A stretch of 64,000 bases of DNA, from positions 124,001 to 188,000 of the forward strand of contig OU015566.1 in NCBI GenBank assembly GCA_907165135.1, in the 5' to 3' direction. The translations under genes and the position numbers were made by a program. Below the pieces are notes generated by a model. The model made no database searches and had not been told where the DNA came from. It worked only from the letters and a program-made list of their open reading frames with translations. The stretch is from Oikopleura dioica. Lineage: Eukaryota > Animalia > Chordata. Positions 23,311 to 34,900 of this stretch are shown here, in pieces (the stretch's first letter is position 1; every line of letters begins with the position of its first letter).

Positions 23311-23904
23311 AATATATACTGTATAGGTATTAGTAGGCTTGCCGCACCATTTTTCTATTTTCCAGGATCTCTGGCCGAATCTAACCAAACTTGCTGGATA
23401 TATGCATCAAGACAAGCTATGAAAAACTGCACTAGCGGATTTTTCAAAATGAGTGTCCTTGGGGCCTTTTTTGGGTGTTTTTTGAGGAGAAAAATCGCAC
23501 CAAAGTGATTAGAAGGCGATTAGAAGTACCTGCCTATTCAGTAAGAGATACAAGAGTACCCTTAGGTGAAAGCTAAAGGTCTGTTCTACTTATACTCAGA
23601 AATTTGCGTTTGCACCTCGGACTTATCAGTAGTTTTTTTCGCTTCAAAGTTTACTGAAAATGACAGATACGAAATTTCAAAATTTTCAACTTTTGAAAAA
23701 CGCGTGCTAGAATGACGTTCTATAGCTCAACTTGAAGCTTATGAGTTACTGAATCCACTTGACCGGTTTTTAAGGTACCAGCTGGTCATTCTAGCGGTTC
23801 ATCGCGGTTCATCCCATTTTTATTGATTTTTTTTATAGAATATCATAATAAAATATAAATTTTTTAAAATAAAAGCTTTTTAGGGGAAAATTTTTGACTA
23901 ACCA

Positions 23905-24520
23905 GATGGTTGATAAGGCGGTTCATCGCGGTTCAAGCATCTTAACTGTCCGAAATATGGCAATATGTATACCAAATGACTTCTTATCGTATAACCGATC
24001 TTAAAAACAAAGAAAAAAGATAACCGCGTGGTAAATTTGGCGGTTCTTGGTGGTTCATGGCGGTTCAAGCACTTTTAAAGTAAGAAGTCCGGCATCATGT
24101 ATATCAAATGAACTCTTATCGAGAGACAATTCTTTCTGACCAAAAATTATGCTATACCGTGTGGTTAATTTCGCGGTTCGTCGCGGTTCAAGGCGGTTCG
24201 AGCACACTTTTAGTCAGAGAAATGGCAATATGTATATCAAATGAACTCTTATCAAGAGACGATTCTTTCTGACCAAAAATGCTGCTGTATCGTGTGGTTA
24301 ATTTCGCGGTTCGTCGCGGTTCATGGCGGTTCGAGCACACTTACAGTGTAAGTGTGGCAATATGTATATCAAATTGATTCTTATCAGAAGATTAATCTTT
24401 TTCACCGAGTATTATTCTGAACCACGCGGTAAATTCTGCGGTAAATGCACTGTAACTGTCAGAAATGCTCCAATATCTATATAAAATGGATCGTGACTGA
24501 AAAATAAATCTTAGGCTGCT
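23905..24520 (+). repeat. Tandem repeat, ~132 bp unit, ~4.5 copies, with GCGGTTC triplets
   Basis: ATGTATAYCAAAT recurs at ~23965, 24097, 24229, 24362; related motif copies at ~23790 and ~26180-26220. Confidence 0.8.
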
Positions 24521-24594
24521 TAGAGTAAAGACACTTGAATCTTCTTGAATAAAATGGCAATTCAATTCAAAACCGTTTATTCAATTGACTTGTT

Positions 24595-25260
24595 TTAAGG
24601 CAAAAGATATTGTAATTTTATTTCTTCCTCAGCTTTACTGTCTTTTTTAAGCTGTTCTGATTTTGAACACCAAGCGCGCGTGTACAGATTTTTCTTAAAG
24701 TCTATTTCTTCGTCGTCAAGCCATTTGCTGGTTTTGCTACGAAAAAACATTATAAATTTCTTACTTTTAAACTCCAAAAAACCTTATTTTGAGAGCTGCC
24801 GATCGATAAATATTGATATTTAAACTCTTTGTATCGACTCGCTGTCTGGCTTTTAGCGTTGAAAAAGCAGATTCAAGAAGAGTGTTGTCGCTTAGTATTA
24901 CGGAATTGTGTTCAATATTGAGATTTTTCCACTCAGCATGATCTAGTAATAAAAATTTATATATATTCAAATGAGATCAGAATTTCATTACTCTGTACCT
25001 TTGAATAGCTTTTTAAGAATCTCAGATGCGTTTTCGTGAATTTCATCATTCATGTACTTTTTCTCTTCTTTCGAAGCTGCTTTGTATATCGCCTTTTAAA
25101 AAGAAAAGATAGAAATTATTGAAAAATGCTTTTACCTCAAGATTTGGAACGCTTTGTTTAGTGTCGTCTTCTAAAAACTGATTTTTTTAGTTTTTTTTTT
25201 TAAAGTAATTGTATACCTCAGATGCTTTGATCAATGCGTTTCAGACGTCAGACATTATTT
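24595..25260 (-). pseudogene. Small multi-exon gene or gene relic with 43-56 nt GT-AG introns, unknown product
   Basis: Three exons join in frame (..ASEILKKLFK|DHAEWK..ALKI|SKTSKW..); upstream exons do not join in frame. Confidence 0.35.
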
Positions 25261-25368
25261 TTCTCATGTGATTTTTTCGTCTATAAAATCCGCGCCGACT
25301 TCACATATATTAAAGAAATTCTTTGTGACAAGAGAAATAAACTACAAGAGAAAGTTTGAAGAGAAACT

Positions 25369-25636
25369 GTGATGCTTGTTTTCCTTTTTTTGTTCTGCCG
25401 ATTCGTCAATTCATGTCAAAAGCATGATTCTTATGCTTATCGATATGAATTAGAGCAAGATATTTCGGACATAGTTCCTTTACTGAAGGATAATGGAACA
25501 AAATTGTCATTGGGTGACACCCTTTTCCGTGCTTATAATTTCCTAAGCGGCTTTGCTTATGAAAATTTTGCTCTCCACGATCCCCCGAGATGCCGTCAAG
25601 CCATTGGTTTTGACCTTCAATTCCCTTCTGAACGTA
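25369..25636 (+). CDS. Possible first exon of a secreted protein
   Basis: Hydrophobic N-terminus (LVFLFLFC) and ~88 codons ending at a GTAAGT donor; no homology recognised. Confidence 0.25.
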
Positions 25637-26373
25637 AGTTTATTTCATAAAAATGTAAATAATGTTTATAAAATATTTTTTTTACTTATAATTTCTATAA
25701 ACTAGTTTCGGACAAACATACGAGGCAAAAAGAACATCCTGGAAGAATCGGCTATAGCTGGGCTTTGGGTGAAAAAAATCGAAATTTGAAAAAAAACTTT
25801 TTTTTTGGAATTTGATCTTTTTCTCTTCACCATTGAATTCTCCGTAGTCGAAAACCTAGGAAGCACGTTGACATTGTTCTGAGACGCATTCTAGAGCGAT
25901 AAGAGCGGCACTTCAAAGAGCCAAAACGTGTTATTTTAGGATATCTTTTTAGAACCCTTAGGGGATATATATTAAGCTCATATTTTTTTACGCGTAGGTA
26001 ATGCATATTTGCTCGCCTATTTGGAATCAAAATCATATAATTAGTTATTCTTAATAGTTAATTAATTATTTAAAAATAATTTTGATTACTCGTTTTTTTC
26101 CAAAAATATCGCTTTTTTGTGAATGATTATGCAAGATAGTATTTTTCGAGGACCAGATATGGACAAATATGTTTGTACCAGATGGTTAACCAGGCGGTTC
26201 GTCGCGTTTCGTCGCGGTTCAATCATCATCTCACTAGAAACACCTGTTTATGCATATCAATCGTTCTGAAATCAAATAATGAATCATTAAGACTTAATTC
26301 TATATGATATAGATAGATATATCTATAATATATATATATATATAGATCTATATTCTATATGTATAGGCTATAC

Positions 26374-27444
26374 TGGAAAGAACACAAAAAAAATAAAAAT
26401 TGAATTCCTTTCTTTCACGGCCCGTTTCGTCAACTTGGATAGATTTTTGAATGAATACACACAAAACCGGTTAAACATGGATTCTTGAGCCAATTCCGTG
26501 GATTGCTTGCATGAGATCATCACAATCAAAAATACTGTTATTTGTTATAACGTACGCGATATTCACATCATCAAAGGCACATTAGCCAGCGTCATTTGGC
26601 GTTTAACTCTCACAAATTTTAGGAAAGCATGAACATTCAAACGAACCAATTATTTTCTTATATTTTTCTGAAAATTATTATTCTGGTAAATATTATTTCT
26701 TCGACGATTCTGGATTCTCCTCCTTGATTTCACAATTCGACTAATTCTTCTGGAAACTCTCATCTACAATGGAAAGCTACTTTTTCTTCTTTGATTTCAG
26801 TTGGACTGCCGTATGTAGCTCATCCCCAGCCGAGTTCCGCTTAGCGGCTTGACACTGTGACCCCGTGCACCGCGGGATGGCGGTGTCTGTAAGTGCTCCT
26901 GGTAGGTTTTGTTGTTAGAATCCCTTTTTGGCTCGATTTAAGGACGACTGGTCATCTTCTTCAAAAACGACAAAATTGCACTTTCTTCAACAAAAACGAC
27001 AGCTTCAACTACAACGACAACGACTATGCCTGGACTGACAACGATTTGGACAATGGATTTGGTTAAACTTTATTTTTATTTCTTATCAGCAGTGATATGG
27101 CCACATAGTGGGAAGTTAATCTGTTGATAAGAAAGAAGAATTAAAACATATTTCAACATGGAAACTGCTGCTAGCGTCACGTGATTGCGACTGTGTGAAA
27201 AACAAAACGAGGACAACAATTGTGCGAAAAGCGCTTCGCCATATTTGGAAATGAAAATAAGCGCGCGAAATGCGCGAGCGCCTTATTTGGAAATAATTGC
27301 ATCTGCGCGAAATTGAAATTGAAAATTTTGAAATTTGAAAATCACTTCTCTTCTTACCAAATATAATAGCAGCGTTTCCGAATTTCAAGAGTTTTTCCTT
27401 CGCAAGTTGCAGTTAGCTTAGAGAATTCATTCGAAATTGTATCA
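26374..27444 (+). mobile_element. LTR F (solo or orphan 3' LTR of a related family)
   Basis: Shares 5' A-tract, RNA motif, CACATAGTG box and GCGCGAAA/CArG repeats with LTR A; ends GTATCA; no PBS follows; flanks TATAC/CACAC. Confidence 0.85.
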
Positions 27445-28246
27445 CACACCTCTTCAGGCAAGATACCACAACGCGCTACTAGCCTCATAGTGAGAGGCGC
27501 TGCGGAGCCACGCGCTGAAATCAAAAGCGTTTAAACTGACAAATATAGAACAAGGAATGCCATTCAAAGTAAAAGGCGTTTTTATTTTTTGATTTTAAAT
27601 CAATTAATTTTAAGTAAATTAACTTTAACCCTAGCCGGCCAAAAATGATTTTCCCCGGGTACCGGCCAAGAGGCGCCAAATATGGCGCCGCGCGGCTTTT
27701 TTAATAGAAATCATCAAAATTTTTCCTGAAAATTTTTATATTAATTTATTAAAAATCATTTCTATTAATGTAAGCATGGATTAATCGTGTCAATTCCAAG
27801 AAATTATGAGTCCGAAAAAATTTTCTTGCTGATGATCATTGACGAGAAAAAAGTCAAAAACTGATTTCGGATAAAAAACGCTAAATAATGCTTTTTTCTG
27901 TTTGTTTTCCAGATGAAAATCATATTTTATCATTATTATGACAAAAAACTAGTTTTATAACATCTATTTCGAGAAAAACTTATCGGCCCGCTGCCGAGAA
28001 AAAGCTCGGGTACCGGTCAAAGGACGCCATATAGGGAGTATCTCCTTTTATTACCCGGCGCCATATATGGCGCCTTGAGTTCTCGTGAAAATGAGGCTCT
28101 GCCAACATTCTGGTCAATCTGAAACGGATTAAAACCCCTCCCAGTCGAAAGGCGATCGAAAAATACTCCTCAAAGTGAATTTCAAATAAAATTTTTTTCC
28201 TCAACTTTTGAAGCTAAATGCGATCGAATGACCCATGATTTATGGA

Positions 28247-29630
28247 CCATATAGCAAAGAATACTCGTTTTTGGGACACCCTTAAATGCTGTTTCCATAA
28301 TCCTACAAAATACCGATGGACTATTCTTGGTGCCCATCGGCATTCTTTTAAAAGCGAATTGGCCAAATTCACAGCTAAATGCCGTTTTTGAGATTGATTC
28401 AGGCTCAATTGCGACTTGATGGAATCCCTTCATCAAATCCGCCGACGAAAAAAATCGGCTTTGTTCTAAATAAGCTAAACTATCTTCGAGGTTTGGAAGA
28501 GGAAAATGCTCTTGTTCTGTCGCCTCGTTTAATTTACGATAATCTATAACTAATCTCCATTCACCGGATTTTTTCCTTACTAATAAACAGGGGGAATTCC
28601 AAGGGGATGAAATGGGTATAATCATATCATTTTCGGTGTAATTTTTAAGAATTGACCAAAGCGTATCTCTTAGACTAAATGCTGTTCTGTAAGGGGCAGA
28701 AGATATGGGAACATCGGTTTTCGTATAAATCGAGAATTTTGTGACTGTACATTCTGGCAGATAATCGCCCTCTTCGAGAAGTAAAAAACAAAATTTTTTG
28801 ACGAGTTCAAAGAACTCTTTTTTGACTTTTGGATTTTTTATGTTGCCATATTTAAGTGACTTTAAAATTTTTTCGAATTTTTTTGTGTCGCAGGAGAGAC
28901 GGGCTACTTCTACGGCTTTTTCTAGTTTTATAAAAACGGTGTTTTTTGGGATTTTTATTGAGTTATTTGTTGGGTTAATGACCATTAATCGATAAATAGG
29001 AGATTCCGGAGTTATTTCTTGAAGCGAGGGAATAAATTCTAGCTTGGATCCTTCTAATTTAGAATCCTCAAAGAAAACCGAAAAAGAAGAATCAACGTTT
29101 GTAACAAATAGATCAATAAGACATTCAGAATTAGGGCGAAACGTATAATTCTCCGTTGATTTTCCTTCAAGCTCAAAATTTTCTTTTTCTATTTCTGTCA
29201 TGTTTATAGAGGCTAATCTTTGAGTTGGACCACTTAAAATCAATTTTTGGCGTTTTAAATTTATCAAAATTCCATTTTCTTCAATTGACGCGCTACCAAA
29301 AATTGAATTAAGATGGTTATTCACTACGTAAAATCTTGATCTACCCCATTTCTCATTTTCGATCGTAAAATCAGCTTCAATATATCCAAGAATATCCACG
29401 CTTCCGCCTGTATAATTCACAACATGCGGTAAATCTGACTTTATAATTTCTTGATCAGCGGGAACGAGGCACTCTTGGATAAGATTTAACTGACTTCCAG
29501 TGTCTATTAAAAATTTGACCGGTTTATTAAAAAGTGAAATATTTACAAAGAATTGTTTTCCAACCGATTTTGGATTTGAAAAACTAATTTTTGGAACGAG
29601 ACTTTGACCAGAAGGCGCTCCAACAATTAG
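28247..29630 (-). pseudogene. pol: Truncated pol (protease and N-terminal RT)
   Basis: IDTG protease, SPWNSP/IDYRKLN RT motifs; homology stops after LCYM. Confidence 0.9.
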
Positions 29631-30748
29631 TTTCCCGACTGGTTCTGATTATTTTTATTCGGGCAAAATCTGGCAATGTGACCTTTTTGTTTACATTCGT
29701 GGCATTCGATTAATCGGCAGCGAGATTTAAAGTGACCATATTTGCCGCAATTATTGCAAAACGGGGTCGGGCGAGGTTGAAAAAAGGGTGGAAATCCATT
29801 TTGCTGGTAACCCATTTGTGAAAATCTTGGCTGAAATCCGCCACTGGGGAATCTTGGCTGAAAACCCTGAAATTGACTGTTTTGGGCTTGGAACCCACTT
29901 GAAAAATCTGTCGAAGGGGCATTTGATTTCATTTGCATCTTATCCCTGTTTTCCCTATCCACTTCGAGCTTGGCTACAGAAGCAGTGATCGCCGCGAGAG
30001 TTTTAGAAAATTCTTCCGCCCTTTTTTCACTCGCTTCCTGCATTTTCAGATTATTCTCATTAATCATTGCCAGCTGTTGTGCAAACATATCGGATGCACT
30101 ATCCATAAAATTTTCGATTGATTTTTCACCAATTTTCGAGACATTAAGGACAGAAAATCTATCGCGCTTGTCAAGAAAATCGGCAATACTTTTTGCATTA
30201 GCATTAAGTTGGCAATGATCTCTAAGAAAGGCTCGGTTAGTTTGGTCGATCTGTTTTTTAAAATGATCCTCGACGATAAATTCTTGTGCGTCTTTTTTGG
30301 AGGTTATAATAGATGCAAGACTTTCAATTCGCTTCAAAAAAGACGTGAATCGCTCGTTTGAGTCCGTTCTACGAGTAAGTTGTTCTAGCTCTATTTTTGC
30401 GCGGGACACTTTGTTTTCGTCTGATTCTTCCCCGAACAAAGACCGAATAAATTCAAGAGCTTCCTTGGCTGTTTTTTGCTGAGCTAATTCCCTACCATAA
30501 ATTTCTAAAAAAGCTTGGCTGCAAGAATTTCGAACAAAACCGGTAGCTCGTCGCTCGAATTGAGCGATTAATTCAGTCTCGTTTTCCCTCTTATGATCTT
30601 TCATGGCTTGTTCAAAAAGGTTACGAATTTGTCCTATTCTATCCTTGACGTCCGCAAGGCTTATTTCTAGCTCATAAAATTCCATATTTGGCCGTATTAA
30701 ATTTTGCCCACCAGAAAGAAGACTCGAAAAAAGATATTCCTCAGGCAT
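29627..30748 (-). CDS. gag: Gag of element G
   Basis: MPEEYLF start, two CCHC knuckles, G_GGA_AAC slippery site before the stop. Confidence 0.92.
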   Translation of the reverse strand: MPEEYLFSSLLSGGQNLIRPNMEFYELEISLADVKDRIGQIRNLFEQAMKDHKRENETELIAQFERRATGFVRNSCSQAFLEIYGRELAQQKTAKEALEFIRSLFGEESDENKVSRAKIELEQLTRRTDSNERFTSFLKRIESLASIITSKKDAQEFIVEDHFKKQIDQTNRAFLRDHCQLNANAKSIADFLDKRDRFSVLNVSKIGEKSIENFMDSASDMFAQQLAMINENNLKMQEASEKRAEEFSKTLAAITASVAKLEVDRENRDKMQMKSNAPSTDFSSGFQAQNSQFQGFQPRFPSGGFQPRFSQMGYQQNGFPPFFQPRPTPFCNNCGKYGHFKSRCRLIECHECKQKGHIARFCPNKNNQNQSGN

Positions 30749-31941
30749 CTTCGAGAATTTACCTTGTCCGTTTGTAGTCGCCATGATATCGAAAGCAAAT
30801 GTCCTAAGAATGTCTCTCAACTGCTAGAATGCAAATCACATGCGATAAAATAGAAACTCAATTTTTAATTAAAACGATGTGGCGGTGGATGTATTTGTGG
30901 AAAGAATGATTTTTCGAAAGCAGAAATTTTTGAAATTTCATATGCAGATGTTTTTCAATAACAATAACATTTCCATAAAAGGAAAATTTCGCGTCCTCGT
31001 TGTTTTTCATTCGCAGCGCGCATTTCGCGCGATTGTTTTTCTTTTCCAAATGCTCCAAATAATCGCACCAAACACCACCAAATCGCTTCTTTTCTTATCA
31101 CTGCAATTCAAGATTCTCACTATGTGACCTCAAGAATTGACAGTAATTTCCAGTTTTAGTCCAGATCCAAATTCGTCGTCGTTTCCAAAGCAAGTTTCGT
31201 TGTCCAGGTGGTAGTTGTTGTAGTTGTTGTCATCACCGTCGTCCCAAATGGCCGTTGTGTAATTGTTGTCGTTTTGAGGTGGTCAGCTAGAAAAGAACAG
31301 CAACCGTAACAAGCTCAAAAGATTCGATTACCTAGAGGCGCTTATTTCCGCGGTTGACCGTTTTGGCATTTTCTGGCCCGGGCACTTTGCGGAAAGCCGG
31401 ACATAACCCACCAATTTCATGTCCGGAAGCCTAGCTAGTAAGAGCAATAATTCCAGTGAAGACATAGAAGAGAACCAAGTTGTCGGCGTCGTAGAAGCAA
31501 AATCCGTCGATTATTAATTTTTCTATTTGTACTGTCAATAATTATGAACAAAAATAGTAATTATTTAAATAGAGCTTTGTCATCCTTTTTCATGCAATAA
31601 GAAATAATGAAAGAAAACCGTCGAAACGGGCGGCTAATGTGCCTTAGTTGCGATGATGTGAACACACGCGTACGTGCCAAAATTACAAAATAAACAGATG
31701 TTTATTTTCCCCCAATTAGTTTTGTTTTGTCTATAATCCCTAATTAACTAATCTTAATTAAAATTAACGGATCTTACCCACTTAGTTAGGAATTATAGAC
31801 GTGAAATGAAGAAACTTTTCGGTTTTACTCTGATCGATTTTTGATTTTTTTTTTGTGTGATTTCTAACTGGCGAAGACCGTGACTCTGAATTATCAATAA
31901 ATCATTTTTTTTGTGTTCCCTTTTCTTATCATTATCAGTTT

Positions 31942-34900
31942 ACTTCGTTTTTTGCCCTCATTTTATTTGCATTGTTTCTGCCGTATTCCAAGCGTCATTT
32001 TGGTTGATTCTGAGCCTCTCAAAACCAACAGAAAAAAAATTAAAAAAAAAAAATTTTTTTCGATGGTCATCGTTATCATGAATCGCCCAAAACGAGGTCA
32101 AAATTTTGAAACTTCGTTTTTTGCCCTTATTTTATTTGCAGCGTTTCTGCCGTTTTCCAAGCGTCATTTTGGTTGATTCAGAGCCTCTAAAAACCAACAG
32201 AAAAAAAATTCAAAAATAAAAATTTTTTTTCGATGGTCATCGTTATCATGAATCGCCCAAAACGAGGTCAAAATTTTGAAACTTCGTTTTTTGCCCTTAT
32301 TTTATTTGCAGCGTTTCTGCCGTTTTCCAAGCGTCATTTTGGTTGATTCAGAGCCTCTAAAAACCAACAGAAAAAAAATTCAAAAATAAAAATTTTTTTT
32401 CGATGGTCATCGTTATCATGAATCGCCCAAAACGAGGGCAAAATTTTGAAACTTCGTTTTTTGCCTTTATTTAATTTGCATTGTTTTTGTTGTCTTCTGA
32501 GCGTCATTTTGGTTGATTTTGAGCATCTCAAAACCAACAGAAAAAAAATTAAAAAAAAATTCTTTTTTTCGATGGTCATCGTTATCATGAATCGCCCAAA
32601 AACGAGGTCAAAATTTTGAAACTTCGTTCTTTGCCCTTATTTTATTTGCAGCGTGTCTGCCGTCTTCCGAGCTTCATTTTGGTTGATTCTGAGCTTCTCA
32701 AAACCAACAGAAAAATAATCCAAAAAAAAAAATTTTTTCGATGGTCATCGTTATCATGAATCGCCCAAAAACGAGATCAAAATTTTAAAATTTCGTTTTT
32801 TGCCCTAATTTTATTTGCAGCGTTTCTGCCGTCTTCCGAGCGTCATTCTGGTTGATTTTGAGCCTATCAAAACAAACAGAAAAAAAAATTAAAAAAAAAA
32901 TTTCTTTTTATCGATGGTCATCGTTATCATGAATCGCCCAAAACGAGGTCAAAATTTTGAAACTTCGTTTTTTGCCCTAATTTCATTTGCAGCGTTTCTG
33001 CCGTTTCCCAAGCGTCATTTTGGTTGATTCAGAGCCTCTTAAAACCAACAGAAAAAAAATTCAAAAATAAAAATTTTTTTTCGATGGTCATCGTTATCAT
33101 AAATCGCCCAAAACGGGGTCAAAATTTTGAAACTTCGTTCTTTGCCCTTATTTTATTTGCAGCGTGTCTGCCGTCTTCTGAGCGTCATTTTGGTTGATTC
33201 TGAGTTTCTCAAAACCAACAGAAAAATAATCCAAAAAAAAAAATTTTTTCGATGGTCATCGTTATCGCCCAAAAACGAGGTCAAAATTTTGAGACTTCGT
33301 TTTTTGCCCTTATTTTATTTGCAGCGTTTCTGCCGTTTTCCAAGCGTCATTTTGGTTGATTCATGACCTCTCAAAACTAACAGAAAAAAATCAAAAAAAT
33401 TTTTTCGATGGTCATCGTTATCATGAATCGCCCAAAAACGAGGTCAATATTTTGAAACTTCGTTTTTGCCCTTATTTCATTTGCAGCGTTTCTGCCGTCT
33501 TCCAAGCGTCATTTTGGTTGATTCTGAGCTTTTCAAAACCAACAGAAAAAAATTCAAAAAATAAATTTTTTCGATGGTCATCGTTATCATGAATCGCCCA
33601 AAAACGAGGTCAAAATTTTGAAACTTCGTTGTTGGCCCTTATTTTATTTGCAGCGTTTCTGCCGTCTTCCGAGCGTTATTTTGATTGATTCTAAGCCTCT
33701 CAAATCAAACAGAAAAAAATTTAAAAAAATTTTTTCGATGGTCATCGTTATCATGAATCGCCCAAAAACGAGGTCAAAATTTTGAAACTTCGTTTTTGGC
33801 CCTAATTTTATAAGCAGCGTGTCTTCCGTCTTCCGAGCGTCATTTTGGTTGATTCTGAGCTTCTCAAAACCAACAGAAAAATTATTCAAAAAAAAAAATT
33901 TTTTCGATGGTCATCGTTATCATGAATCGCCCAAAAACGAGGTCAAAATTTTGAAGCTTCGTTTTTTGCCCTTATTTTATTTGCAGCGTTTCTGTCGTCT
34001 TCCAAGCGTCATTTTGGTTGATTCTGAGTCTCTCAAAACCAACAAAAAAAAAATTCAAAAAAATAATTTTTTTTTTCGATGGTCATCGTTATCATGAATC
34101 GCCCAAAAACGAGGTCAATATTTTGAAACTTCGTTTTTTGCCCTTATTTTATTTGCAGCGTTTCTGCCGTTTCCCAAGCGTCATTTTGGTTGATTCAGAG
34201 CCTCTTAAAACCAACAGAAAAAAAATTCAAAAATAAAAATTTTTTTTCGATGGTCATCGTTATCATGAATCGCCCAAAACGAGGTCAAAATTTTGAAACT
34301 TCGTTTTTTGCCTTAATTTAATTTGCATTGTTTTTGTTGTCTTCTGAGCGTCATTTTGGTTGATTTTGAGCCTATCAAAACCAACAGAAAAAAAATTAAA
34401 AAAAATTTCTTTTTTTCGATGGTCATCGTTATCATGAATCGCCCAAAAACGAGATCAAAATTTTGAAACTTCGTTCTTTGCCCTTATTTTATTTGCAGCG
34501 TGTCTGCCGTCTTCTGAGCGTCATTTTGGTTGATTCTGAGTTTCTCAAAACCAACAGAAAAATAATCCAAAAAAAAAAATTTTTTCGATGGTCATCGTTA
34601 TCGCCCAAAAACGAGGTCAAAATTTTGAGACTTCGTTTTTTGCCCTTATTTTATTTGCAGCGTTTCTGCCGTTTTCCAAGCGTCATTTTGGTTGATTCAT
34701 GACCTCTCAAAACTAACAGAAAAAAAAAAATCAAAAAAAAAATTTTTTTTCGATGGTCATCGTTATCATGAATCGCCCAAAAACGAGGTCAATATTTTGA
34801 AACTTCGTTTTTTGCCCTTATTTCATTTGCAGCGTTTCTGCCGTCTTCCAAGCGTTATTTTGGTTGATTCTGAGCTTCTCAAAACCAACAGAAAAAAAAA

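Larger units (their letters stand above)
28247..31896 (-). mobile_element. Element G: 5' half of an LTR retrotransposon (LTR 30784-31896, PBS, gag, truncated pol)
   Basis: TGATA...TATCA LTR, PBS TGGCGACTACAAACGG, gag, pol broken at YM|DD. Confidence 0.92.
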
